DNA of 64,000 nt. It comes from an uncultured Actinomycetes bacterium (GTDB taxonomy: Bacteria; Actinomycetota; Acidimicrobiia; Acidimicrobiales; CAVTQP01). The stretch is from positions 134,159-198,158 of the forward strand of contig CAVTQP010000001.1 of the NCBI GenBank assembly GCA_963736925.1, written 5' to 3'. The position numbers and the translations under genes were made by a program. Shown one piece after another: positions 8,358-18,233 of this stretch (the stretch's first letter is position 1; every line of letters starts with the position of its first letter). The notes beneath the pieces were generated by a model that saw nothing but the letters and a program-made list of their open reading frames with translations, made no database searches and had not been told where the DNA came from.

Positions 8358-8837
8358 GTGAAGGTGGAAGTGGTGAGAAGCCCCCGACGGCGAAAGACCG
8401 TCGAGGCGCGGCAGGTGGGCGAGGTCTTGCGGGTGTCGATCCCCGCCACCATGACACAGGGCGAAGAAGATCACTGGGTGTCGGAGATGATCCGGAGGGC
8501 AAACCGCTGGAGCACCACCGAATCCATAGACCTGCAGTCCAAAGGCAGGGCGCTGGCTGAGCGGTTCGGGCTGCCTATGGCGTCGGGCGTTGCCTGGTCC
8601 TACAACCAGAACTCTCGCTGGGGTTCCTGCACCCCTACGGAGGGCTCGATACGCATCTCGTCTCATCTTGCCGGCATGCCCGACTGGGTACTCGACTACG
8701 TGATCGTCCACGAGCTATCCCACCTGGTCGTGCCCACACATGGCCCGGACTTCTGGGAGCTGGCCAACCGGTACCCACGGACAGAGCGCGCTCGCGGCTA
8801 CCTGATGGCCAAGAGCATCGAGCCCATGGAGAGTTGA
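8358..8837 (+). CDS. YgjP/DUF45-family zinc metallopeptidase-like protein
   Basis: It has the HExxH motif in VIVHELSHLVVPTHGPDFW, and the N-terminus VKVEVVRSPRRRKTVEARQV is typical of the family. The start is set at GTG 8358 because the 5' part of the 249-aa ORF overlaps the MoaD-like gene antisense. Confidence 0.7.
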   Translation: MKVEVVRSPRRRKTVEARQVGEVLRVSIPATMTQGEEDHWVSEMIRRANRWSTTESIDLQSKGRALAERFGLPMASGVAWSYNQNSRWGSCTPTEGSIRISSHLAGMPDWVLDYVIVHELSHLVVPTHGPDFWELANRYPRTERARGYLMAKSIEPMES

Positions 8838-8878
8838 CCCTTTCGCCCGAGAATCCTGTGGGGCACCCGTCGATCGCC

Positions 8879-9262
8879 CTACCCGCCCTGACCATGGACC
8901 TCTTGTTCTGCGACCGCCTGGTCACGCAGACAGAAGCGGGCCTCGGGACGCGCTTCCAACCTCGAGTCATCGATGGCCTGCCCGCAAGCCTCGCACGTGC
9001 CATAGGTGCCTTGGTCGAGACGGCGAAGCGCATGCTCGACGTCCTGCAGCTCGGCCTCGATCTGCTCGAGTATCGAAAGATCCTTCTCATGGTCGAAGGC
9101 CGCGCTGCCGACGTCGGCCTGGTGCTGGCTGAAAGATGACAGCTCGGAAAAGCTCGCCTCCTCTGATTGGGAGGTCAGGCCGGAGTCGAGAAACCCCTCC
9201 TTGAGCGACACCAGACGTGCCCGTTCATGATCCAACTCTTCCCTGGCTCGGTCTGGATCCAT
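8879..9262 (-). CDS. DksA/TraR-family zinc-finger protein
   Basis: 127-aa ORF with a coiled-coil region followed by CEACGQAIDDSRLEARPEARFC. Only three Cys of the usual C4 finger are present. Confidence 0.7.
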   Translation of the reverse strand: MDPDRAREELDHERARLVSLKEGFLDSGLTSQSEEASFSELSSFSQHQADVGSAAFDHEKDLSILEQIEAELQDVEHALRRLDQGTYGTCEACGQAIDDSRLEARPEARFCLRDQAVAEQEVHGQGG

Positions 9263-9592
9263 GCTTCGCGGATGCTAACGCCAACCCCGGGACTCACCTA
9301 GGCTCCTCGAGGAACTCAACTAGGCCGATCGAGGGACGGACCTAGGCCGCCCGAGGCTGGTCCCGCTCCTCCGCCCTGTTCCGGCTGTTGCGGAGACCTT
9401 CCAGGCGTCGCTCCCAGCGGAGCTGTCGGAGGAGCCAGGCCAAGGCCTGGGCCGACTCCGCCTTCGTGGGTCGCTCGGCCGGCGAGAACCTCTGGAGCGA
9501 GCCAGTCCCGGCTTCTGTTGTTGATACGAACATGCACTTAGTATACGTCCTCGTATCAGGGAGTCAAGCGCGAATAATGGCAGGATGGGAGG

Positions 9593-10231
9593 GTGCCCTC
9601 TGAGAAATGGACTCCCGAGCGCAGGAGGGCCCTCACCCGCGAGGCCCTACTCGACTCGGCTGCACGCCTGTTCGCCCAGCGTGGCTTCCATGCGGCCTCA
9701 CTCGACGAGATAGCCGAAGCGGCCGGGTTCACTCGGGGAGCCATCTATTCCAACTTCGGGGGCAAGGAGGAGCTGTTCTTCGCCGTCTTGGAGCGCCACA
9801 ACCAGTCAACCCTGGACGCCTTCTCGAAGGCGTTCCAGAGAGCGGGAGGAGCCGGCGCACTCGGCCCCTCTGAGACCGCGGCGGCATGGCGCGAGATCAT
9901 GATCGGCGATCGGGAGTGGCTTGCGCTCACCTTGGAGTTCCGGCTCTACGCCCTCCGCAATCCCGAGGTGAAGGAGCGCTTTGCCGCGTGGACGCGCCGG
10001 GATGAAGAAGCAGTGGTCCGCTTCACGAAGGAGACCATGGAGGCCGCCGGACTCGACCTCAAGATCCCGGTGGAGGACCTGGCAGCTATCGCCCTGGCGG
10101 CTTCGGGCGGGCTCCAGGAACTGGCCTTCCTCGACCCGTCCAAGATCGACGTGTTCGAATCTTTCATCCAGATGCTGATGGATGCCTACCGGCCGGTCGG
10201 CGTCCTGACGAACAAGCAGTCCGGAAAGTAG
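9593..10231 (+). CDS. TetR-family transcriptional regulator
   Basis: The N-terminal HTH is AARLFAQRGFHAASLDEIAEAAGFTRGAIYSNFGGKEELF. Confidence 0.9.
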   Translation: MPSEKWTPERRRALTREALLDSAARLFAQRGFHAASLDEIAEAAGFTRGAIYSNFGGKEELFFAVLERHNQSTLDAFSKAFQRAGGAGALGPSETAAAWREIMIGDREWLALTLEFRLYALRNPEVKERFAAWTRRDEEAVVRFTKETMEAAGLDLKIPVEDLAAIALAASGGLQELAFLDPSKIDVFESFIQMLMDAYRPVGVLTNKQSGK

Positions 10232-10290
10232 CCCTAGCCGTTCTCATCAACAGGGCTTGCTCGACTGACTACCTAGACTTCACGCCGCGG

Positions 10291-10363
10291 GGGCCGCTAG
10301 CTCATCGGGTAGAGCAGGGGACTTTTAATCCCAAGGTGCTGGGTTCGAGACCCAGGCGGCCCA
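10291..10363 (+). tRNA. tRNA-Lys (anticodon TTT)
   Basis: Hand-folded cloverleaf. The acceptor is GGGCCGC/GCGGCCC, the D arm is GCTC..GAGC, the anticodon loop is CTTTTAA, the T arm is CTGGG-TTCGAGA-CCCAG and the discriminator is A. Confidence 0.9.
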
Positions 10364-10534
10364 CCCCTTGTAGGTCCACTGGCTCACCCCTTGTAGGGGC
10401 CCTTTGGGTTGCCCTCCCTTGGGTTGCCCACCGTTGGGTGCGTCGTTTCGAAGTGCCTTCCTGTGGGGGGCCGGTCTCATGGCCAACTCCCGCGCCAGAA
10501 CGTTGGAGCATCCTGGCCTTGGTTCCTGTCCTTG

Positions 10535-10834
10535 TCAGACGAGCATCTCGTCGAGGCGTTGCTCGAGCGAGGCTGGCCGATCGCGCCAGGCTGCTCGGTA
10601 GGGCGCGAGCCACTCGGCGATCTCGCGAAGTGGTTCTGGACACAGTCGGTAGACACGCCGTTGCGCGTCTACCCGCACATCCACCACGCCAGCGTCGCGG
10701 AGGACCCTCAGGTGCTTCGACACAGCGGGCTGGCTGATGTCGAGCGCACCGACAAGCTCGCCGACCGTCCGCTCTTGCTTACGGAGGAGATCGAGGATCC
10801 GCCGCCTGTTCGCCACGGCGATTACCTCGAACAC
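10535..10834 (-). CDS. ArsR/SmtB-family transcriptional regulator
   Basis: 99-aa ORF with RRRILDLLRKQERTVGELVGALDISQPAVSKHLRVLRDAGVV. Confidence 0.9.
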   Translation of the reverse strand: MFEVIAVANRRRILDLLRKQERTVGELVGALDISQPAVSKHLRVLRDAGVVDVRVDAQRRVYRLCPEPLREIAEWLAPYRAAWRDRPASLEQRLDEMLV

Positions 10835-11008
10835 GGTGAAAGTATGAACTAATAGCTATATAACTGTCAAGAGATACAACATCCGGGCAGAAGAGGCCGC
10901 ATCGCATGCGACCTCCGTGCTGTTGAAAGATCCTCGGAGGACCGATGACTCTCGTTCCCCGGCACGGTCGAAGCAACCGACAGATCCACCGGACCAAAAG
11001 GAGCAATC

Positions 11009-11788
11009 ATGCCCACCCGTGACAGCGCCCCCATCGGATCGCCGTGCTGGGCCGATCTGTGGACCTCCGACGTGGAAGGCAGCCGCAGCTTCTACAGCGA
11101 GCTCTTCGGGTGGGAGGCCCAGGAGCCGAGCCCGGAGTTCGGCGGCTACTTCATGTTCACCCGCAACGGCATCCCCACGGCCGGCGGCATGGGGGACATG
11201 GGGGACATGCCGGCAAACGACAGCTGGACCGTCTACCTGTCCACCAACGACATCGCCAAGACCGTCGAGGCGGCCGATTCCAGGGGAGGCGAGGTCATCG
11301 GCCCTCCGATGGCCGTGGCCGACCTCGGCATCCAGGCGATGCTCACCGACCCTACCGGCGCCCACCTCGGCGCCTGGCAGCCGGGGACCTTCCCCGGGTT
11401 CACCGTTTTGAACGAGCGCGGCGCCCCGAGCTGGTTTGAGCTGCACACCCCGGACCATGCGGCGGCCGTTGCCTTCTATCGTGACGTGTTTCGTTGGGAT
11501 ACCAACGTGGTCGGCGACAGCGACGAGTTCCGCTACACGACAATGGCCGACCCGAGTGGCGAGGGCGACTTGGCGGGCATCATGGACGCTTCGGCCTTCC
11601 TCCCCGAGGGGGTGCCCGCTCACTGGTCGATCTACTGGGAGGTCGACAAGGCCGACGCCATCGTCACCAGGGTCAAGGCCCTCGGCGGCTCGGTCGTGAT
11701 GGGCCCCGAGGACACCCCCTATGGCCGCCTCGCCACGTGCAGGGATCCTGCGGGCGCCGAGTTCAAGCTTCGCACCCCCAACCAGTAG
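11009..11788 (+). CDS. VOC (glyoxalase/bleomycin-resistance) family protein, two-domain
   Basis: 259-aa ORF with two tandem VOC modules. Each carries an FY..(L/V)F(G/R)W(E/D) motif: SRSFYSELFGWEA and AVAFYRDVFRWDT. Confidence 0.8.
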   Translation: MPTRDSAPIGSPCWADLWTSDVEGSRSFYSELFGWEAQEPSPEFGGYFMFTRNGIPTAGGMGDMGDMPANDSWTVYLSTNDIAKTVEAADSRGGEVIGPPMAVADLGIQAMLTDPTGAHLGAWQPGTFPGFTVLNERGAPSWFELHTPDHAAAVAFYRDVFRWDTNVVGDSDEFRYTTMADPSGEGDLAGIMDASAFLPEGVPAHWSIYWEVDKADAIVTRVKALGGSVVMGPEDTPYGRLATCRDPAGAEFKLRTPNQ

Positions 11789-11895
11789 GCACGCCGGGCG
11801 GCGCGAGGCGTGGGGGATCTACGACGCCACACGATCTTGGAATGCTCGTGCGCTCGCGCATCGGGTCCACGGGGGATAGCGGCCCACGCGCCGCA

Positions 11896-12543
11896 TTACG
11901 TAGAGATGGAGAAAGAGCATATTGCGAGCTTCGTAGTAGTACTTCCACGTGGGAGCCCCTCACGACGAACGGCATCGTGGTGAACGATGGCGTCATCGCC
12001 GATGTGGCGCGGAAAGCCCGGCCTGAGGAATCCTCTAGTGGCAGTACTCGGTGTCCTCAGCCCACCAGAACAGATCTTCCATGGGCGGCCGACTCTCTCG
12101 ACGATTCCTCTCGCAATCAGAAAGCCGCACCAAGAGCCCCACGTCCCAATGGATCCGTCGGGCTGCACGGCCTTGGGGAATACGAAGGTCGGCTGAGGAC
12201 GTCGTCTCGCCAAGTTGCCAAGCGCCGCCAGACCCGGTTCCGCCACCATGTCGTCGTCAATGACCCACGCGTGGTCGAAGCCTGTCGACAAGAACTCGCG
12301 GAGCGCGAACGCGTACCGCCAGCAGGACCGTTGTTGGTGTGGCAACGAAGTACGCGAACTGGCAGCGAGCCGGACGGAAGGTGCTCGGGCCGGCACGGGG
12401 GGATCACTCGCGTTGTCCACCGCCAGGATGGCTTCCGGTCTAACAGCCTGTGCGGCAATGCCTTCGATGCAGCGTGATAGCCAACGGGGCGCGTTGTGAG
12501 TCAAGACCACGGCCAGGATTCCCCGAGTCGTCCCGTTGCGCAT
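11896..12543 (-). CDS. family-2 glycosyltransferase-like protein
   Basis: ILAVVLTHNAPRWLSRCIEGIAAQ..ILAVDNASD..AWVIDDDMV shows the GT-A N-terminal and DxD-like pattern. The middle region is atypical and may be degraded. Confidence 0.5.
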   Translation of the reverse strand: MRNGTTRGILAVVLTHNAPRWLSRCIEGIAAQAVRPEAILAVDNASDPPVPARAPSVRLAASSRTSLPHQQRSCWRYAFALREFLSTGFDHAWVIDDDMVAEPGLAALGNLARRRPQPTFVFPKAVQPDGSIGTWGSWCGFLIARGIVERVGRPWKICSGGLRTPSTATRGFLRPGFPRHIGDDAIVHHDAVRREGLPRGSTTTKLAICSFSIST

Positions 12544-12651
12544 GCCACCCCCTCGTCGACGAACACGACGCTTCCCGGCTCGAATGGCACGTCGGGCGCA
12601 TCTTTCCAGCTAGTAGTAGTACGATCCCAGCTTTGGCGATGAAGGCTTAGG

Positions 12652-13710
12652 TTGGGGTGGTGGAGGGCGGGTCGGACCGTCGATCCGAGGAAGGGCACCG
12701 TCACATCGGGAATGGTCCACGCGAAGGCCCCCTTGGTATCGGTGACAGCTACCCGCACCTGGGACGAGATAGTGAACGAAATGACTGATGGCGATCCAAC
12801 GACCATGAACCACCAGTCTCTCGATCGGGTGCCGCCCATGGCTGAACCGGACATAGGCGAGATGGCGCCGCGCACATTCGACCCGCCACGACTTCGAGTC
12901 GCTTTGAGAGGACGACCCTGGTGGAGTTCAGTGGACCGCGCCTATCGCTTCATCACCGCCGATCTGCGGGCTCTGCCCCATTTCGTCATCGTGGGGGCTC
13001 AACGCGCCGGTACAACGTCGCTTTACATGTGGCTCAGCTCACATCCGTCCGTCGCACCGCCGCTCAACAAGGAGGTCCACTATTTCGACGTCCATTACCA
13101 AAAGGGCCGAAGATGGTACAAAGCCCACTTCCCGCTCGCGAAGACCGGGCGTGTGACGGGGGAGGCTAGCCCGTACCTGCTCTTCCACCCACTTGCTCCC
13201 GAACGCGCCGCGCACGATTTACCGATGAGTACTCGCTTCATCGTATTGCTGCGCGAACCTGTTCAGCGCGCCATCTCGCACTACTGGTACTCACGTCAGT
13301 TCGAACGCTGGGAGACAGAGTCCCTCGAGAGGGCCATCGAGCTCGAACCCTACCGACTCCGAGCAGTAGATCAAAGAGTGCGGGAAGGTGAACGAAGCTT
13401 CGGACATGCCACCTTCTCGTACCTGTCGCGAGGAGAGTACGCGACCCAGCTCCGCTCATGGTTCAAGGCGGTGGGGCGAGAGCGGATCTTGGTGCTCGAG
13501 AGCGAGAAGCTCTTCAGCGACGCCGCCGCTCGACGGGCTGTCCTCGATTGGCTGTGCCTCTCCGAATATGATCAGCCATTCCCGAACTCGAACCAGTTCG
13601 AGCGGCTCCACCCGGCGAGCCCAGACCTCGTCCGCCGCCTACAAGAGCACTTCGAGCCTCACAATAGGGAGTTGTTCGAGCTGCTGGGATATGAACTGTG
13701 GACCAGATGA
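12652..13710 (+). CDS. sulfotransferase-family protein
   Basis: It has the 5'-PSB loop VIVGAQRAGTTSLY and the 3'-PB motif LLREPVQRAISHY. The start is uncertain because several in-frame Met/Val codons lie upstream of the domain. Confidence 0.8.
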   Translation: MGWWRAGRTVDPRKGTVTSGMVHAKAPLVSVTATRTWDEIVNEMTDGDPTTMNHQSLDRVPPMAEPDIGEMAPRTFDPPRLRVALRGRPWWSSVDRAYRFITADLRALPHFVIVGAQRAGTTSLYMWLSSHPSVAPPLNKEVHYFDVHYQKGRRWYKAHFPLAKTGRVTGEASPYLLFHPLAPERAAHDLPMSTRFIVLLREPVQRAISHYWYSRQFERWETESLERAIELEPYRLRAVDQRVREGERSFGHATFSYLSRGEYATQLRSWFKAVGRERILVLESEKLFSDAAARRAVLDWLCLSEYDQPFPNSNQFERLHPASPDLVRRLQEHFEPHNRELFELLGYELWTR

Positions 13711-13760
13711 GCCAGAGTGCACCGACGGCCGGCTGCTCGATCCTTTGGAAACGGTGACCG

Positions 13761-14451
13761 GTGAGCTTCCGCGATCTGGCCGCTGGGGTATTGAGAAGGC
13801 TGCCTTTCGGTGTTCACAGGGCGGTCCCACCCGGGATACGTCGGCGTCTTCGACACGGCCTCCGGCAGTATTACGTATGGGAGGCCCACTTCGACCACCA
13901 CAACGCGCGGGAGCTGGAACCTGGCGAGGCGGACGGGCCCCCTGACTTCGTTGGAATAGGTGTCCAGAAGGCCGGCACGACTTGGTGGTATCGCCTGATT
14001 ATCAACCATCGGGGTGTCTCAGTTCGATTCTCCTTCTGATCTTGCGAGACCCGGTCGAACGATTCCGCTCCGCACTTGCTCATCAGATACGCAACGGTAG
14101 CAATCACACGGGCGCGGTAGCCGAGGCGGTACGGCGAAGCCTGTACGCTGACGCTCTCCGAAGGTGGTTTGACCACTTTCCGGCTGAACAGCTTCTGGTC
14201 TTGCAGTACGAGCGGTGTGTAGCTCAACCGGAAGGAAGAGCTGGTCGCGACCTACCGGTTCCTCGGTCTCGAAGCAGGCCATCGGCCGGACCGCCTCACG
14301 GGTCCGGTGAACAGGACTGCCGAAGGCAAAACCGCGCTCTCCCCTGACGTCCCTCGTCGCCTCGAGGACTCTTCGCTCCCGACATCACGGAGCTGTCAAG
14401 CTGCTGCCGGCGATCGACCTCTCGCTGTGGTCCACAGCGATCGACGCCTAG
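13761..14451 (+). pseudogene. degraded second sulfotransferase (internal deletion plus frameshifts)
   Basis: The PSB loop FVGIGVQKAGTTWWY (frame of 13761) is followed within about 15 codons by the 3'-PB motif LILRDPVERFRSAL in another frame. The C-terminus ..FAPDITELSKLLPAIDLSLWSTAIDA* is in a third frame. Confidence 0.7.
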
Positions 14452-14452
14452 G

Positions 14453-15931
14453 TCAGCTCACCGAGAGCTTGGGTTGAGCCGGCGGCTGAGGCTGTGTGGG
14501 GGCAAGGTAGCCTCCTCGGCACACCCCGTCCACGGGCGGGTCTGATCGGGCCCTGGTGTTTCCGCAGGAGTACCCGACGGTAGGGCTGCCACCTGACAGT
14601 GGGACGACGCCTCCGGTCGCGAGAAGATAATTGTCCCGCACAGCGACGAGTGAGCTATTCGCTCCCGCATAGACAAACGGATGTCCGCTTGTGCTGTAGG
14701 GAATGATGTTATTCATCACCTCAACGTTTCGCGTGGTCGACCTGCTGGTGCCGTGGGGACCGGAGTCGAGGGAGATAGAGGGGAATAGCCACGTTGAACC
14801 CTTCTGCCCCGTGTTATGGGAGATGCTGATATTGGATGAAGCCGCAGTTATCTGCACCTTCATCTCCGCTCCGTTTATCAGGTGGTTATCGACAAATGCA
14901 AAGTTTGTGAGAGAGGCGCCCGACAACGAAGCCAGCAAGTATGGGAAGCCTCCCGAGATGGTGTTGTCCGTGACCTCGATGTTGCAAGAACAGCCACCCG
15001 CTACGTCGGACTCCATGTCGAACATCGTGGCGCCCACTCTTGTCAAGAAGTTGTGGCTGATGAGAACACGGTCCACATAGATCGGAGTTATTCCCTGACG
15101 CCCGCTCGTGTTGAAGTTGTTGCTGTTGATCGTGATGTCAGTGGAGGGAAATTGCGATCCACTTCCGGTCGCCTCATGTAGCCCCGAGATGGTCACGAAG
15201 TCACCGTCGACACCCTGGATCTTGGTGCCCCCGACCAGAGCTCGCTGAACTCCATTCAGCTGGATCGCTGAGTCCACCTCCTTACCGCCGCCGCTGTTCG
15301 GTCCGGCGCCCCCGCCGGTGTTCGGGCCCTCGATCGTCAGATTCTCGACAACGAGATCACAGCCTCCTTCGAACCACCACATGATCGGAGAGATGCGACT
15401 GTGCTTTACCAATCCCTTGGTTCCATTGCTGTAGACAGACCCGCAATAAGGCATCGATGCCGGATCGAACCCCTGGATCGTGTCAGCGCTGAGGGATCTC
15501 TGGCGAAAGATGGCCCCGTTGCCGTCGAAGACGTAGTCCCTGAAATTGCGGAGATACAGCGAGCCGTCCACCTGGTAGCAGCCGTTTTCGGTGAACTGGA
15601 CGACGACCGGTCTAGAGGGGGTGCCAACGGGAAGCGAGTAGAGCCAGTCGCGCAACGAGTCAGTCACGTTCATTGAGCAATCATGGGCAACTGGCGGTCT
15701 CTCGACGAGCGCACCGTTTGGATACGCGACCACGGCGCTCGGAGCATGGACGGCGACCGACGGATTCGGGGCGGCGACACGCGGATTCGCGGCATCGCCA
15801 CGGGGAGACACTTGGCCGCCGATCCGACGGGCGGACGGTGCACCAGGGACGAGGATCAGACCGAGTAACACACCGGCCGCGAACAGAGCAACGGCTCCGA
15901 CGCCAATGGCCGGCTTGCGGCTTCGAAGCAC
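14453..15931 (-). CDS. secreted/anchored right-handed parallel beta-helix repeat protein (pectate-lyase-fold, probable glycan-active)
   Basis: 492-aa ORF with an N-terminal hydrophobic anchor. It has repeated beta-helix turns: ISHNFL, VTDNTISGG, FVDNHLING and NLTIEGPN. Confidence 0.7.
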   Translation of the reverse strand: MLRSRKPAIGVGAVALFAAGVLLGLILVPGAPSARRIGGQVSPRGDAANPRVAAPNPSVAVHAPSAVVAYPNGALVERPPVAHDCSMNVTDSLRDWLYSLPVGTPSRPVVVQFTENGCYQVDGSLYLRNFRDYVFDGNGAIFRQRSLSADTIQGFDPASMPYCGSVYSNGTKGLVKHSRISPIMWWFEGGCDLVVENLTIEGPNTGGGAGPNSGGGKEVDSAIQLNGVQRALVGGTKIQGVDGDFVTISGLHEATGSGSQFPSTDITINSNNFNTSGRQGITPIYVDRVLISHNFLTRVGATMFDMESDVAGGCSCNIEVTDNTISGGFPYLLASLSGASLTNFAFVDNHLINGAEMKVQITAASSNISISHNTGQKGSTWLFPSISLDSGPHGTSRSTTRNVEVMNNIIPYSTSGHPFVYAGANSSLVAVRDNYLLATGGVVPLSGGSPTVGYSCGNTRARSDPPVDGVCRGGYLAPTQPQPPAQPKLSVS

Positions 15932-16019
15932 TCCGGTATTTATAGCCTCGCCTAGCTGCCAGCAGAACGCGGGCTGCCCAAGCGGCGGCGGGCAGGATCA
16001 TACCCCCACGGCGGCTGCG

Positions 16020-16907
16020 CTATCGGCCGGTGGGATCGGATACGCACTCGTTCACCAGCTCTCCGATGCCCTCGATGCTGCTGCGCAGTATCTGGCCCTC
16101 CTTCAGGTAGCAAGGCGGCGAACGACCGTCTCCGACGCCTGCAGGGGTGCCGGTCGAGATGAGGTCTCCGGGATCCAGCGTCAAGACCGAGCTGACATAT
16201 GAAACGACCTCCTCCGGCTTGAACACCAGGTTGCTGGTGCGTCCCTCTTGAACAACCTCACCGTCCACTTCGCAGCGAAGCGCCAAGTCCGCGGCTCCGT
16301 CGAGCTCGTCAGGAGACACCAACCAGGGGCCCACGGGCGTACTGCCTTCGAAAGCCTTGCCTTGAAGCCACTGGGAGGTGCGGCGCTGCCAATCGCGCAT
16401 GGAGATGTCATTGACGACTGTGAAGCCGGCGATGGCGTCCGCAGCCTCCTCCCGATCGGCGCGCCGAACGGTCCGGCCGATGACGAAAGCGAGCTCCACC
16501 TCCCAGTCGACCCGGCTCGACTCCGTCGGCAACAAGATCTGGTCCCTCGGTCCAACCAGGGTGCGGGCGAACTTGGCGAAGAGCGTCGGGTAAGTGGGGA
16601 TCTCCGCACCGAGCTCTCGGATGTGGTCCATGTAGTTGAGCCCCAGACAGATGATCTTGGAGGGGTTGGGCACCAAAGGAGCAAGATGGTTCGGGAACAG
16701 TTCCAGACGCTCTGCGGTCCCCGTCTGTCCCGCGATCGATGCCGGGTCAACCCGGCCGAGCAAGTCTCCGACGTCCGCTGCGTCCAGCAGCACCAGCTCC
16801 TCCCCGACCACACGGGCTGCTCTAGTGCTGCCCTCGTGACGGACGGTTGCCAGCCGCATACCCTCATCTCCTCCCGGTTCCGCAGGGGACGCCAGGGCAC
16901 CGAACAC
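16020..16907 (-). CDS. fumarylacetoacetate hydrolase (FAH) family protein
   Basis: 295-aa ORF. The FAH-fold motif order is KIICLGLNYMDH, WEVELAFVIG, VVNDISMRDWQ and GDLISTGTPAGVG. Confidence 0.9.
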   Translation of the reverse strand: MFGALASPAEPGGDEGMRLATVRHEGSTRAARVVGEELVLLDAADVGDLLGRVDPASIAGQTGTAERLELFPNHLAPLVPNPSKIICLGLNYMDHIRELGAEIPTYPTLFAKFARTLVGPRDQILLPTESSRVDWEVELAFVIGRTVRRADREEAADAIAGFTVVNDISMRDWQRRTSQWLQGKAFEGSTPVGPWLVSPDELDGAADLALRCEVDGEVVQEGRTSNLVFKPEEVVSYVSSVLTLDPGDLISTGTPAGVGDGRSPPCYLKEGQILRSSIEGIGELVNECVSDPTGR

Positions 16908-17174
16908 ACGCCTTGCTACGGTAAGTGGACCGATGCAGGGTATCCGACCTGAGGGTCCACGTACTGCGGGGGATCAAGCATTCCCCGACGCTCAAAGCCG
17001 CGACACCATGGGTTCCAGGGAGGGGCGCGCGAAGAAGAGGCGGACACGCAAGCGTCGCGTGCGCTTGATCGTCACCTCCCTGGCCGTCATCGCCGTCGTC
17101 GTGGTGGTAGCGAGCGTCGTGGCCGTCGAGGCCCTCCGAGGGCGCGTCGACTCAGCGCGACATCGAGATGTTCT

Positions 17175-18188
17175 GTGCTCCGATCACGGGTTCCCCGGCC
17201 CGGCCGCGAATCCTGTCTCAATCCCCGGGCCGCCTCTGGGTCGGCGTCCATTCCCACCTCGACCACCCAAGTACCGCTTGTCACCGACCCTGGCGCCCCT
17301 GCCCAGATCGTCACGCCGGGCCAGGATGCACCGAACCCCTTCGTTCTCTGGGACAATGGGCACTACTACCTGTACTCGAGCCAGTGGGGCTTCTTCGACC
17401 CCAACCTTCCCGTACGGGAATCGGACGTCAGGAACCGATGGGGCGCCCCGACTGACAGCATGCCCAAGCTCGCCGCTTGGGTGCAGCCTGGCTACACATG
17501 GGCTCCGGACGTCCACAAGATCAACAACGTGTACGTGATGTGGTACACGGCCTGGCTGGTCGGCCGGACGCCCATTACCGAATGCATCGGAGTCGCGTCA
17601 TCTCCTAGCCCCACCGGCCCGTTCACCGGCGCGCCCCAACCCAGCATCTGTCAGTTGAACCGCAACGGCTCAATCGACCCGCGTACGTTCATCGACTCAT
17701 CGGGCACCATGTGGCTTTACTGGAAGTCCGACGACAACGCGGACGTCAACGGGACCAGCAAGTCAAGCATCTACGTCCAGCAGCTGAGCCAGGACGGCAT
17801 GCACCTGATCGGGAAAGTGACCGACATACTGGATGCTGACCAGCCCTGGGAAGGAAGGATCGTGGAAGCGCCGGACATGGTTCAAGCCGCCGGCCGCTAC
17901 TGGCTCTTCTACTCGGCCAACTGGTTCAACCAGCCGTACTACGGAATTGGCGTAGCCGAATCCGCGAGCCCCACTGGCCCGTGTACCAAGCCCTACGACC
18001 ATGCCTGGTTGGGATCCAACAAGCAGGGCCAGGGCCCGGGCGAGGAGTCCCTGTTCACCGACCCCCAGGGAACCTGGATCGTGTACTCACCCTGGAGGGT
18101 CGTATATCCGGCGACCAACACGCCGCGTCCCGTAGCAATGGCCAGGGTCGGCTTCAATCTTTCGGGCCCCTACCTGGCGGCTTGGTGA
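17175..18188 (+). CDS. glycoside hydrolase family 43-like protein
   Basis: The motifs WAPDVHKINNVYVMWYTA, IDPRTFIDSSGTMWLYWKSD and VEAPDMVQAAGRYWLFYSANW indicate a five-bladed propeller GH43. A TM-anchor ORF (16933-17538, MGSREGRAKKRR..IAVVVVVASVV) lies in another frame upstream, so the N-terminus is unresolved. Confidence 0.75.
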   Translation: MLRSRVPRPGRESCLNPRAASGSASIPTSTTQVPLVTDPGAPAQIVTPGQDAPNPFVLWDNGHYYLYSSQWGFFDPNLPVRESDVRNRWGAPTDSMPKLAAWVQPGYTWAPDVHKINNVYVMWYTAWLVGRTPITECIGVASSPSPTGPFTGAPQPSICQLNRNGSIDPRTFIDSSGTMWLYWKSDDNADVNGTSKSSIYVQQLSQDGMHLIGKVTDILDADQPWEGRIVEAPDMVQAAGRYWLFYSANWFNQPYYGIGVAESASPTGPCTKPYDHAWLGSNKQGQGPGEESLFTDPQGTWIVYSPWRVVYPATNTPRPVAMARVGFNLSGPYLAAW

Positions 18189-18233
18189 GGTGGGCGCCTG
18201 GTAGAGCGCGGCCTGGTAGAAAGAGCGTTACCA

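Noticed and set aside
9316-9537. Small minus-strand ORFs (63-73 aa) divergent from the TetR gene
   Set aside because: These are two overlapping frames of similar length. I recognised no motif and no clear RBS, so the evidence is insufficient to call a gene.
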